Source: Meiothermus sp. | Lineage (GTDB): Bacteria; Deinococcota; Deinococci; Deinococcales; Thermaceae | Length of the DNA stretch: 64,000 nt | Direction of reading: 5' to 3' | NCBI GenBank assembly: GCA_033762915.1 | Contig: JANRLD010000084.1 | Location: 1-64,000, forward strand | Shown here: one piece after another, positions 21,768 through 30,326 of the stretch | Layout of the letters: every line of letters starts with the position of its first letter | How positions within the stretch are numbered: position 1 is the stretch's first letter | Translations under genes and position numbers: made by a program | The notes under the pieces: model-generated | Database searches by the model: none | Seen by the model: only the letters and a program-made list of their open reading frames with translations | What the model was told of the DNA's origin: nothing

Positions 21768-23858
21768 CTACCTCAGGAAGGTCTTTAGGCGGCGGGCCGC
21801 GTCAGAGTTGGTTGAGACCACCATTTCCATTGGGATGTCCAGGTTTCTCGAGCCTGGCCGGACCAGCGCGGCGTTGCCGTTTTGGGTATATACCCCCAGA
21901 AAGTCGCCGTCGTTGATGTCCTCGTTGCCGTCGGAGTCTTTCCAGGCAATCATCAGGTATTCGCCCACAGCCAGCTCAGTAAAGCCGTAGGAGGCCAGCG
22001 TGCCCGAACCCACCGCCTGGGTGATGCGGCTCTTCACGCTGTCGCAGTCGTTACCCAGATAAAAGCAGGCCAGCACGAAAGTCCCCTGCACGCTAGGACG
22101 GCTGCCGCTGCCGCTACTCACGGTCAGGGTCAGGGTGGCGCTACGGGACAGTCCGCCACCCTGACCCTGCACGATCAGCGCGTAGCTGCCAGCAGCCAGG
22201 TTAGGCGAGGTGGTGAGGGTGAGCCGGCCGTTGGCGAAGGTGCCCACCACACCGCTGGGCTGGCCGCTGAGGGCGAAATTGACCGGACCACTAAAGCCGC
22301 CGCTGCCGGTGACGGTAAGGTTGACGGTGGCGCTACTGCCGGGCCGAAGGCTCAGGCTATTGGGGTTAAGGCTGAGGCTAAAGTCGGGCTGTGGGCCGGG
22401 TCCGGGGCTGCTGCCACCTAGGGCTTGTAGGGCCGCCGCCGCGTCGATCAATCCGGCGCCGCAGTCGGAAGGGGTCTGGGCGGGGCCCTGACCGGTGCAG
22501 GCCGCCGCCGTGAGGGGGCGGGCGGTGCGCCTGAGGATGTCCAGGGCTCGAGCAGCGTTGAGGCTGGGGTCTCTGGACTTCATCAGCGCGATCACGCCCG
22601 CCACGTGGGGCGCCGCCATCGAGGTACCGTTCTCGAAGGCGTACACAAACTCGCCGTTTTGGTCGTTCTTGCCCAGGCTGAGCACGCCGTCGGGGTAGTT
22701 GTCGCCGTTGAGGTCGGCCCGCACATCGCCGCCGGGGGCCATAAGGTCGATGCGCTTTCCGAAGTTAGAGTAGCGGGCGCGCTGACCCGAAAACTGGGTG
22801 GCCCCCACCGTAATCACGCTCGAGCAGCTGGCAGGGGTAAAGCCCGCCGTGTCCTGGTTGGAGTTGCCGGCCGCCACCACCACGATGCTCCCACGACCCA
22901 CGGCCACGTTGATGGCCTCCTGGTAGGCCGGAGTGTCTCTGCAGGGACGGGGCCCACCCAGGCTCATATTGATGACCTGTGCCGGGTTGGGGTTGGCAGG
23001 CACGCCCTGCACCGCCCCGCCCGCGGCCCAGACCAGGGAGTCGGCGATGTCCGCCACGGTCCCGCCCTGCACCCCCAGCACCCGCACCGGAAGGATGCGT
23101 GCACCCCAGCTCACCCCCGCCACGCCCGCACCGTTGTCGGTGGTAGCGGCCACGGTTCCACCCACGTGCGAGCCGTGGTAACTGCTCTGCTCCCCGGGTG
23201 CGTCGCCGGGGTCGTCGGCGTTGGGGTCGCGCCCGTCGCCGTCGTTGGAATTGCGGGGGTCGCTGATGAAGTCGTAGCCGGGCAGCACCTTACCCTGAAG
23301 GTCCGGGTGGCGCACCAACACACCGGTGTCGATCACCGCGACTGTTACCGGGTTGGAGATACCGCGCTCGGCGTCCCAGGCCTGCGCCATGTTGATGGCC
23401 GGGTAGTGCCACTGGGCCACGTAGGCAGGGTCGTTGGGGGTGGCCGTTGCTCTGAGTAGGTAGTTGGGTTGGGCCCATTCCACATCCGCACGGGCCGCCA
23501 GCCCCCGCGCCACCGCCTCTACTGAGGCCGAGGCACTGGCCCGGTACAGCTCGACGTTCTCGAGGGCCAGCCGGCGCACCCGTTGCAGCTCTAATCCGCC
23601 CGCGTTCAGTCGCTCGAGGCGTTGCAGCGAGACCCCGGGTCGGAACTTGACGATCACTTCACCCGGAACCCACCCGATCTCGGTCGATTCTGTTGGGCGC
23701 TCGAGGGTGGACAAAACCGGCAAGCTCAGGCCGCTGCCGCCCAAGTTTAGCCGTACCGAACCGCTCAGGGTGTTGGGCGGGGCTGAGGGGGTGGTGCAAG
23801 CGCCAAGCAGCGCTGCTAGAAGGCCAGCAAAAACCCACTTTCTGTTGGTCCAACTCAT
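21768..23858 (-). CDS. Lipoprotein S8 (subtilisin-like) serine peptidase
   Basis: Lipobox LLGAC; catalytic triad motifs VIDTG, HGSHVGG and GTSMAAPHVAG; C-terminal beta-rich domains. Confidence 0.93.
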   Translation of the reverse strand: MSWTNRKWVFAGLLAALLGACTTPSAPPNTLSGSVRLNLGGSGLSLPVLSTLERPTESTEIGWVPGEVIVKFRPGVSLQRLERLNAGGLELQRVRRLALENVELYRASASASVEAVARGLAARADVEWAQPNYLLRATATPNDPAYVAQWHYPAINMAQAWDAERGISNPVTVAVIDTGVLVRHPDLQGKVLPGYDFISDPRNSNDGDGRDPNADDPGDAPGEQSSYHGSHVGGTVAATTDNGAGVAGVSWGARILPVRVLGVQGGTVADIADSLVWAAGGAVQGVPANPNPAQVINMSLGGPRPCRDTPAYQEAINVAVGRGSIVVVAAGNSNQDTAGFTPASCSSVITVGATQFSGQRARYSNFGKRIDLMAPGGDVRADLNGDNYPDGVLSLGKNDQNGEFVYAFENGTSMAAPHVAGVIALMKSRDPSLNAARALDILRRTARPLTAAACTGQGPAQTPSDCGAGLIDAAAALQALGGSSPGPGPQPDFSLSLNPNSLSLRPGSSATVNLTVTGSGGFSGPVNFALSGQPSGVVGTFANGRLTLTTSPNLAAGSYALIVQGQGGGLSRSATLTLTVSSGSGSRPSVQGTFVLACFYLGNDCDSVKSRITQAVGSGTLASYGFTELAVGEYLMIAWKDSDGNEDINDGDFLGVYTQNGNAALVRPGSRNLDIPMEMVVSTNSDAARRLKTFLR

Positions 23859-23902
23859 GGCTTCCTCCGTTGCAGGGTGGGACGCGCCCACCGACGGGCA
23901 GC

Positions 23903-23996
23903 AATCTAGCGGCAAGGCTGTGACGCCGCTGTGACCCAGGGATGCTCGAGACCGCTCACCCCGGTCACGCCGCCGTCACAGGGGTGGGTCTACACT
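23903..23996. promoter_or_regulatory. Divergent promoters, each GTCAC-N6-GTCAC-N11-(-10 box)
   Basis: Plus strand: GTCAC at 23964 and 23975, TACACT at 23991. Minus strand: GTGAC at 23920 and 23931, TAGATT at 23903-23908. Confidence 0.7.
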
Positions 23997-24026
23997 CACG
24001 CTCGGAAGTTTGGAGGAGGTGCCCAG

Positions 24027-24194
24027 ATGAACCACGAGATACATATCCAGTTTGCCCGCATGAGACAGCAAGCCCTTCTCGCCGAGCGGTCCCTTCTTGC
24101 CCAGACTCTAGAGCACCAGTCTTGGGTGGCCCGGGTACAAAACTGGCTGTTCCACAGCGAAGCCCTCTTCCGCGCCGCCGCGCTTAACCGATAG
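24027..24194 (+). CDS. Microprotein 1 (55 aa)
   Basis: GGAGGAGG SD; MNHEIHIQFARMRQQALLAE... Confidence 0.65.
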   Translation: MNHEIHIQFARMRQQALLAERSLLAQTLEHQSWVARVQNWLFHSEALFRAAALNR

Positions 24195-24204
24195 GAGTAC
24201 CACC

Positions 24205-24420
24205 GTGAACCAGATTCATCCCATCCTCGCCGAAGTCTTTACTTCCGAACTGCGCCAACAGACCCAAGCCGCCGGGGCCACCAGCTTTAAGACCGACGAA
24301 CTGGCCCTCTGGCAGGCCGACCAAAAAGCCTCGGGTTGTCCCGAAGCCGTCCGACCCCACGTCCTCAAGATTGGCCACTTCACCTTCTGGCTGAGCAAAC
24401 CCAAACCTCAGCCCTGCTAA
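24205..24420 (+). CDS. Microprotein 2 (71 aa)
   Basis: AGGAG SD, GTG start 10 nt after the previous stop. Confidence 0.6.
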   Translation: MNQIHPILAEVFTSELRQQTQAAGATSFKTDELALWQADQKASGCPEAVRPHVLKIGHFTFWLSKPKPQPC

Positions 24421-24431
24421 AGGAGTACCCT

Positions 24432-24599
24432 GTGTATAGCTCGAGTCCCATACAAATCGAACTCCTCGCCAAGCACAAACTGTGCGAGTTGCGACACCCC
24501 TACCATGCGCCCAAGCCTCCCACTCACCGCACTTGGTTTAGCCGCCTGCAAAGCTGGCTAAACAGCAACCCACCGCACCTTCCTTCCAAGGCTGTTTAA
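24432..24599 (+). CDS. Microprotein 3 (55 aa)
   Basis: AAGGAG SD and GTG; MYSSSPIQIELLAKHKLCELRH... Confidence 0.6.
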   Translation: MYSSSPIQIELLAKHKLCELRHPYHAPKPPTHRTWFSRLQSWLNSNPPHLPSKAV

Positions 24600-24645
24600 G
24601 CCCAATCGCGCCACTCGATGCGGTGGGACCAATCAGGAGAAAGCC

Positions 24646-25092
24646 ATGATGTTCTACCTTTACATACCGCTGGTTCTCACTGCCCTTCTAACGGGTTGCG
24701 GACAAGGTTCCAGTAGCTCGTCCCCTACCCCCGGCGCACTGCAAAGCGCCAACGGTCAGCCCCTGCCGGCCAAGTTGCTGGATACTTTGATCAACGATGG
24801 CGCAAACAAGCCGTACCGTTTCCAGGTATTCGTCAACAGCGGGACGTTTAAGCTCGAGGGCAATAAGTACGAGCAAGAAGTCTACCTACAAGATTTCGTG
24901 GACGGCATACCGTCGAGACGCTGGCGCTGGAAGGAGTTTGGTACCTGCACCCCCAGCGGCGAGAAGCTGCTGTGCGAGTCGGGCTATATCCAAAACTACC
25001 GCCTCGAGCTGACCCAGCAGGGCAACACCCTGGTCACGCGCCAGAACTTCACCGACCCCGCCCTCGAGGGCAGCTATGTTTTCGGCAAATAG
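24646..25092 (+). CDS. Hypothetical lipoprotein (beta-rich)
   Basis: AGGAG SD; lipobox LLTGC. Confidence 0.8.
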   Translation: MMFYLYIPLVLTALLTGCGQGSSSSSPTPGALQSANGQPLPAKLLDTLINDGANKPYRFQVFVNSGTFKLEGNKYEQEVYLQDFVDGIPSRRWRWKEFGTCTPSGEKLLCESGYIQNYRLELTQQGNTLVTRQNFTDPALEGSYVFGK

Positions 25093-25131
25093 TAAACCAC
25101 ACCCGAATGCCGCCCGCCCTGGAGAAACACC

Positions 25132-26091
25132 ATGAAGCGTCGTTTATCCATCCTGCTGATCCCCGCGTTCGGCCTGCTCGCGGCCTGCGCCCCGGCGATG
25201 AACTGGGCTGTGTACACCTCCGACCCCGACAAGGCCAGGCTCATCACCTCCGACATCGCCAACTTCTGGCAAGCCTACGACCAGGGCAAGTCCGGCGACC
25301 TGAGGCAGTCGCTCGAGAGCCTGTACCTGGGCAAAGCCAGCTCCGGCCTAAAGGACTGGGTTCGGCTCCGCCTAAAGAGCGGCGAGCAACTGGCCCAGAC
25401 CGTCCAGGCCAAGCGCGGCTACTACGAGTCCACCAGGGCTAGCACCTCGCGCATCGCCGAACTTGAGCCGCAGATCCGCCGATCCTTCGGCAGGCTCAAA
25501 CAGCTCTACCCCGAGGCGGTTTTCCCCGACGTGTACTTCGTGATCGGGCGCATGAACAGCGGCGGCACCTTCGGCCCCAGCGGCCTGCTGATCGGGGCCG
25601 AACTCTACGGGCGCACCCCGCACAGCCCCACCGCCGAACTCGACGACTGGGAGAAGGCGGTCACCCAGCCGGTGGAGCAACTGCCCTACCTGGTGGCGCA
25701 CGAGCTGATCCACGCCCAGCAGAGGTACCGTATGTTGATCCCGACCCTGCTGGCCCAGTCGGTGAAGGAAGGCAGCGCCGACTTCATCGCCGAACTGATC
25801 GCCGGGGGGCACGCCAACCCCTCCCTACACCGGTACGGCGATGCCAATGAGAAGGCCCTATGGCTCGAGTTCAAGACCGCCATGCACGGCACCGACCTCA
25901 GCAACTGGCTCTACCAGGGCTCCAAGAGCACCGACCGCCCCGCCGACCTGGGCTACTACGTCGGCTACAAGATCGTCGAGGCGTACTACCAGCGGGCCAC
26001 GGACAAACAGAAAGCCATCCGGGAGATTCTGCACATACAAGACTTCGACGCCTTCTTGGGAGCCAGTGGGTACGCGGCCCGGTTCGAGTAG
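25132..26091 (+). CDS. Lipoprotein, putative Zn-dependent protease (DUF2268/GldB-like)
   Basis: Lipobox LLAAC; HELIH, EGSADF and DLGYYVGYKI motifs. Confidence 0.85.
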   Translation: MKRRLSILLIPAFGLLAACAPAMNWAVYTSDPDKARLITSDIANFWQAYDQGKSGDLRQSLESLYLGKASSGLKDWVRLRLKSGEQLAQTVQAKRGYYESTRASTSRIAELEPQIRRSFGRLKQLYPEAVFPDVYFVIGRMNSGGTFGPSGLLIGAELYGRTPHSPTAELDDWEKAVTQPVEQLPYLVAHELIHAQQRYRMLIPTLLAQSVKEGSADFIAELIAGGHANPSLHRYGDANEKALWLEFKTAMHGTDLSNWLYQGSKSTDRPADLGYYVGYKIVEAYYQRATDKQKAIREILHIQDFDAFLGASGYAARFE

Positions 26092-26145
26092 GGAAAATCA
26101 CAAGGCGATCGGAGCTTCCCGCCATCGCCCGGTACGGGGAGTTAG

Positions 26146-26286
26146 CTGAGGCCCTCGAAGCTAACGTGCTTATGGACTCAGCTGTCCCGGAGTTCCCTTC
26201 GGTGGCGCAGAGCGCTTCGCCTCAGGGAACTCCTCCGCACCGGGGAATAGCAAGAAGCGCTGTAAGGAGGATAGCCGTGAACTACC
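26146..26286 (+). repeat. ~141-bp direct repeat, copy 1
   Basis: Matches 27118-27259 with 4 substitutions and 1 indel; ends in AAGGAGG plus GTG AAC TAC. Confidence 0.95.
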
Positions 26287-27017
26287 GATGGTGTGTTGTT
26301 GGTGTTTTGCTGCTGGGTCTGCTGGGCTGCTCCGCGCCCCAAACGGCAAGCGCCGGAGTGTACGTAATCTCGTCAACGGATCTGTATCAGGTGGAGTTGC
26401 CCCCAGGCCAGCTCGAGCGGCGCATCGGCAAACTCCGCGACGCGCAGGGCAACGGCGTCGTCCTGCTGGACATCGCGCTCAACCCCAGGGACGGGCAACT
26501 CTACGGGGTCAACGACGCCCTCTACCGCATAGACAAAAACACCGCCGTCCTGACCCGCGTCGGCGACGGCTTGCAGGCGGCTGCGCCGGGGATCTCGAGC
26601 GAGGCCGTAGCGCTGGCCTTCTCGAGCGACGGCGTGCTCTACACGGGCGTGGACGGAAACCGGCTCGCCACCGTGGACACCGCCACCGGCAGGGTCGCCG
26701 TACTGGGTAGTCTGGGCGGCAGCTACAGCTACAGCGGCGACCTGGCCTTCGCGCCGGACGGGCGGCTGTTCGCCTCGGCCTCGGGCCGGGACATCAACGA
26801 CGAGCTGCTGCTGGTCAACCCCCAGACCGGGGCCGGAACGCCGATAGGCAACATCGGGTTTCGCAAGGTCTACGGGATGCAATTCATCGGCGGAACCCTG
26901 TACGGTGTGAGCGAGGGCGACTCCAGCAGCCTGATCGCCGTCGACACCGCCACGGGCCAGGGGACGATGGTGAGCACGCTGGGTTTCCGCGCCTGGGGAA
27001 TTCAGCGGGTCAGGTGA
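26277..27017 (+). CDS. Beta-propeller lipoprotein
   Basis: AAGGAGG SD; lipobox LLGC; repeated [DA][IL]A[FL]..DG.LY...D..TG blades. Confidence 0.8.
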   Translation: MNYRWCVVGVLLLGLLGCSAPQTASAGVYVISSTDLYQVELPPGQLERRIGKLRDAQGNGVVLLDIALNPRDGQLYGVNDALYRIDKNTAVLTRVGDGLQAAAPGISSEAVALAFSSDGVLYTGVDGNRLATVDTATGRVAVLGSLGGSYSYSGDLAFAPDGRLFASASGRDINDELLLVNPQTGAGTPIGNIGFRKVYGMQFIGGTLYGVSEGDSSSLIAVDTATGQGTMVSTLGFRAWGIQRVR

Positions 27018-27117
27018 TGGGCCTTACCTCAAAGCTCCGTGGCAGCCTAGACCCTGACCCGGCCTCCGTACCCCTCGAGCCGCCCCCATTTGCATAGCTT
27101 ACACGGGAGACACTTCT

Positions 27118-27259
27118 CTGAGGCCCTCGAAGCCAACTGTGCTTATGGACTCAGCTGTCCCGGAGTTCCCTTCGGTGGCGCAGAGCGCTTCGCCTAAGGG
27201 AACTCCTCCGCACCGGGGAATGGCAAGAAGCGCTGTAAGGAGGATAGCAGTGAACTACC
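27118..27259 (+). repeat. ~142-bp direct repeat, copy 2
   Basis: Near-identical to 26146-26286. Confidence 0.95.
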
Positions 27260-27386
27260 ACCCAGGGGGTAGGGGGTGTACTACCTGCCGCCGCCAGGGA
27301 GGTAATGGTGGAAAACGCGAAGCGACCAACAAATCCTTGAGGTTAACACGGTGTGCAGGCTTAAGCTGCAAAATCAGGGGCCGATT

Positions 27387-28154
27387 GTGACTAATCCCGA
27401 AAAACTTCTTCATCGCTTGGAGGCGATTGCCCAATCCTTGGCGGCGTCCGTCAACGCGCTCGCGCTCATTGGACTTGGGTCGGTAGGAACCGAACTGGAG
27501 CGGCTCGACGACCACTCCGACCTCGACTTTTTCGTCATCGCCGACGATGGATATAAACAGCGCTTCATCGCCAACCTGGACTGGCTAAGCGACATCGCCC
27601 CCGTGGCCTACAGCTTCCAAAACACCACAGACGGGCACAAGCTGCTCTACGCCGACGGGATATTCTGCGAGTTCGCAGTGTTCGAGCGGGCCGAACTGGG
27701 AAACATACCTTTCGCGGCCGGTCGGATTGTTTGGAAAAAACCAGGCGTGGACGACTCAATCGCAACCCCCACTCGGGCGAGACCCATGAGCCCCAGTAGC
27801 GATGTCGAGTGGCAACTGGGCGAGGCGCTGACCAATCTGCTGATCGGCCTCAAGCGTTTCCGGCGGGGCGAAGGCTTGTCGGGCACCCGTTTTGTACAGA
27901 ACTACGCCGTTGATCGGGTGTTGGATTTAGCCAGGCTGCTCGAGCCGGAAACTCCCTACTACCAGGACCCCTTCGGCAACGAGCGGCGCTTTGAGCGGCG
28001 CTTCCCCAGGGTCGCTGAAAACCTACCGCGCTTCGTCCAGGGCTACCGGCGCACCCCCGAATCGGCCCTGGCGATACTGGAGTTTCTCGAGCAAAACTTC
28101 GAGGTTAACCCGGCTATCGCGGAAGCGATCCGCACACTGACCCTTGAGCCCTAA
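27387..28154 (+). CDS. Nucleotidyltransferase-fold protein
   Basis: GLGS...RLDDHSDLDF Pol-beta-like motif; helical C-terminus. Confidence 0.75.
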   Translation: MTNPEKLLHRLEAIAQSLAASVNALALIGLGSVGTELERLDDHSDLDFFVIADDGYKQRFIANLDWLSDIAPVAYSFQNTTDGHKLLYADGIFCEFAVFERAELGNIPFAAGRIVWKKPGVDDSIATPTRARPMSPSSDVEWQLGEALTNLLIGLKRFRRGEGLSGTRFVQNYAVDRVLDLARLLEPETPYYQDPFGNERRFERRFPRVAENLPRFVQGYRRTPESALAILEFLEQNFEVNPAIAEAIRTLTLEP

Positions 28155-28325
28155 CCGCAGTAGCCCCCAAGTACCTACACCCATAAACCCGGATGTGTGG
28201 AGGATTCGGGTGAACTGGGGTGACTTCAGAGATAAAGTTGCGCCAGGGCGGGGGTCAGGAACTGGCAAGGATGGACCACGTAAAAAAGCCTCGAGGGTAC
28301 ATCCCCATCAAATCTCTATCGGCAT

Positions 28326-29276
28326 TTAGACCTTTGCCTGGCCATCGTGAAAGTCGAACCTAGCCCCTGAAGGGACCGAGGCCCGCAAGAACGTTGCGTC
28401 GCCCGAAACCTCCACCTGCTGCCCCGCCCCGATCAGCAGGGTGTCGCCCCAGTCGAGGCCACCTTCGGCCCACTCGGCCCGACCCCGGATAAGGGTGAGG
28501 AGTAGGAAGCTATCTTCGGGGGGCCGAACCTCCCTCTTCCCCTCTACCTCCTCCTTTTCCAGCACGAAGGCCTCACAGACCAGCAGCACCCCGTCCTTTT
28601 GCATTGCCTCCGGGATTGGGGTTGGCTCGAGGCGGCTAACATCCAGGCCCTTCTCGAGGTGTAACTCGCGCCCGCGCCCGTAGTCGAAGATGCGGTAGGT
28701 CAGGTCGGAGCGCTGCTGCACCTCGTAGAGCACCAGCCCCGGCCCCAGCGCGTGAATGGTTCCGGCAGGGACGTATACCACCCGACCGGGCGTGACGGTC
28801 TGGCGATCGAGCATATCCCAGATTGAGCCGTCCTCGGCCGCGCGGGCCAGGGCGGTGCGGGACTGAGCCTGCCTTAGCCCGTACACAATCTCGCCCTGCC
28901 CATCCAGGATGTACCAAGCCTCGGTCTTGCCGTGGAAGCCGCTGGCAGCCTCGGCGCGGTGCGCGTAGGCGTCGTCGGGGTGGACCTGTACCGAGAGCCA
29001 TTCCGCGGCGTCGAGGAACTTGATCAGCAGGGGCAGCTCGAGGCCGTACTTCTCGAACGGCGCGGGGCCGATGAACTCCGCGCCCAGCTGAGGCAAAACC
29101 TCGGCCAGCTTCTTCCCGGCATACGGCCCGGTTTTCACCCGGTTCTGGTCGTAAGCCAGCCACAGCTCCCCGATGGGCTCGGCGGCATCGAGCCCCAGGC
29201 GATTGGCGATCTTGGTGCCACCCCAAATGCGGGGTACCGGCTGGGCCTCGAGGGAGAGGGCTACAGGGGGTTTCAT
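28326..29276 (-). CDS. manA: Class I mannose-6-phosphate isomerase
   Basis: IWGG, PLLIKFLDA, LSVQVHP, GKTEAW, PAGTIHA and EVQQRSD motifs. Confidence 0.9.
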   Translation of the reverse strand: MKPPVALSLEAQPVPRIWGGTKIANRLGLDAAEPIGELWLAYDQNRVKTGPYAGKKLAEVLPQLGAEFIGPAPFEKYGLELPLLIKFLDAAEWLSVQVHPDDAYAHRAEAASGFHGKTEAWYILDGQGEIVYGLRQAQSRTALARAAEDGSIWDMLDRQTVTPGRVVYVPAGTIHALGPGLVLYEVQQRSDLTYRIFDYGRGRELHLEKGLDVSRLEPTPIPEAMQKDGVLLVCEAFVLEKEEVEGKREVRPPEDSFLLLTLIRGRAEWAEGGLDWGDTLLIGAGQQVEVSGDATFLRASVPSGARFDFHDGQAKV

Positions 29277-29548
29277 GTGAGAACAACTATAGCTCAGGGT
29301 GGATAAGGGCCGAGCGGCAAAGGTACCGCCTTTGGGCCACCGCCCGTTTCGGTAGTAGAAGGGCCCTCTCGTGGGCCTAAGCCGCGCCGGGGCCGATGGG
29401 CGAGACCAGCCAAAACCCGACTTTGGTGGTCGGGCTGTCCCAGGTGCAGCGCGGTGACCCTCACCCGGCGGCCCAGACTCGAGTCGGGCCGTTGGAGGTG
29501 TCTGGATGTTCCCAGGATCTGGGTAGAACCGATAAACTATCCCCAATC

Positions 29549-30175
29549 GTGCGCATTTTGGCCCTGGCGGATCAGCAACATCCGTTCATTCACCAGTCGC
29601 GGTTTCCCGATAACCTGCCACCATTCGAGTTGGTATTGGTGGCGGGCGACCTGCCGGGTAGCTACATCGAGTTTGTGGCCACCAAGGTCACCGTTCCGGT
29701 GATCTACGTCCACGGCAATCACAAAGAAGAGTACGTCCAAGATTATCTGGGCAACCTATCCCCGCCCGGCGGAGCCATCAAGGGACACAGCAACATCGTG
29801 AGCGTGGCAGGGCTACGGATCGCCGGATGGGGCGGATGCCCGCGCTACAACCAGCGCGACGTTGGACAGTACACCGAGTCTGAGGCCATGACCAAGTTCG
29901 CCTCCTGGCTGCCGATGCTCAAGCCGCGCCAGCTCACGACCGGACATGGGGTGGACATCCTGCTCTCTCACGCCCCCCCGCCCGGACCCCACGCCGGAGA
30001 GGACTTCGCCCACCGGGGCAGCACCTCCCTCGAGTGGTTCCACCGCATGTACCGCCCCCGCCTTCATGTCCACGGTCACGTTCACCTCTACGAGGCCCAG
30101 CCCAAGCGCGAGTACCTCACCAAGACCGGCGTGCGGGTGGTGAACGCGTTCGAGTACACGCTGATCGAGCTGTGA
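29549..30175 (+). CDS. Metallophosphoesterase
   Basis: LAD, AGDL, GNH, SHAPP and HGHVH motifs. Confidence 0.88.
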   Translation: MRILALADQQHPFIHQSRFPDNLPPFELVLVAGDLPGSYIEFVATKVTVPVIYVHGNHKEEYVQDYLGNLSPPGGAIKGHSNIVSVAGLRIAGWGGCPRYNQRDVGQYTESEAMTKFASWLPMLKPRQLTTGHGVDILLSHAPPPGPHAGEDFAHRGSTSLEWFHRMYRPRLHVHGHVHLYEAQPKREYLTKTGVRVVNAFEYTLIEL

Positions 30176-30326
30176 GCAAAGGCCAGCGTGGGTGAAGAGC
30201 TTTTGGCGGTCGGCTCTACCCGCTGATCCAACAGTTTATTGCCACGCCTACAGCCCACATGCGGTTAACCGACCGCTGTTGACCGACCTCTGAGCGCTTA
30301 CCTGCGTACCGCTATACAATCCCACT

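Noticed and set aside
25860..26276. N-terminal extension of the 385-aa ORF
   Set aside because: It overlaps the upstream gene; the SD and lipoprotein signal start at GTG 26277
26146..26286. Repeat as a cobalamin riboswitch (AGGGAA and GCTGTAA present)
   Set aside because: The intervening GGTGnAAnTCC element and the B12-box are missing, and the downstream gene is unrelated
26146..27259. Repeat pair as a CRISPR array or IS ends
   Set aside because: Only two long direct copies; no spacers, cas genes, transposase or terminal inverted repeats
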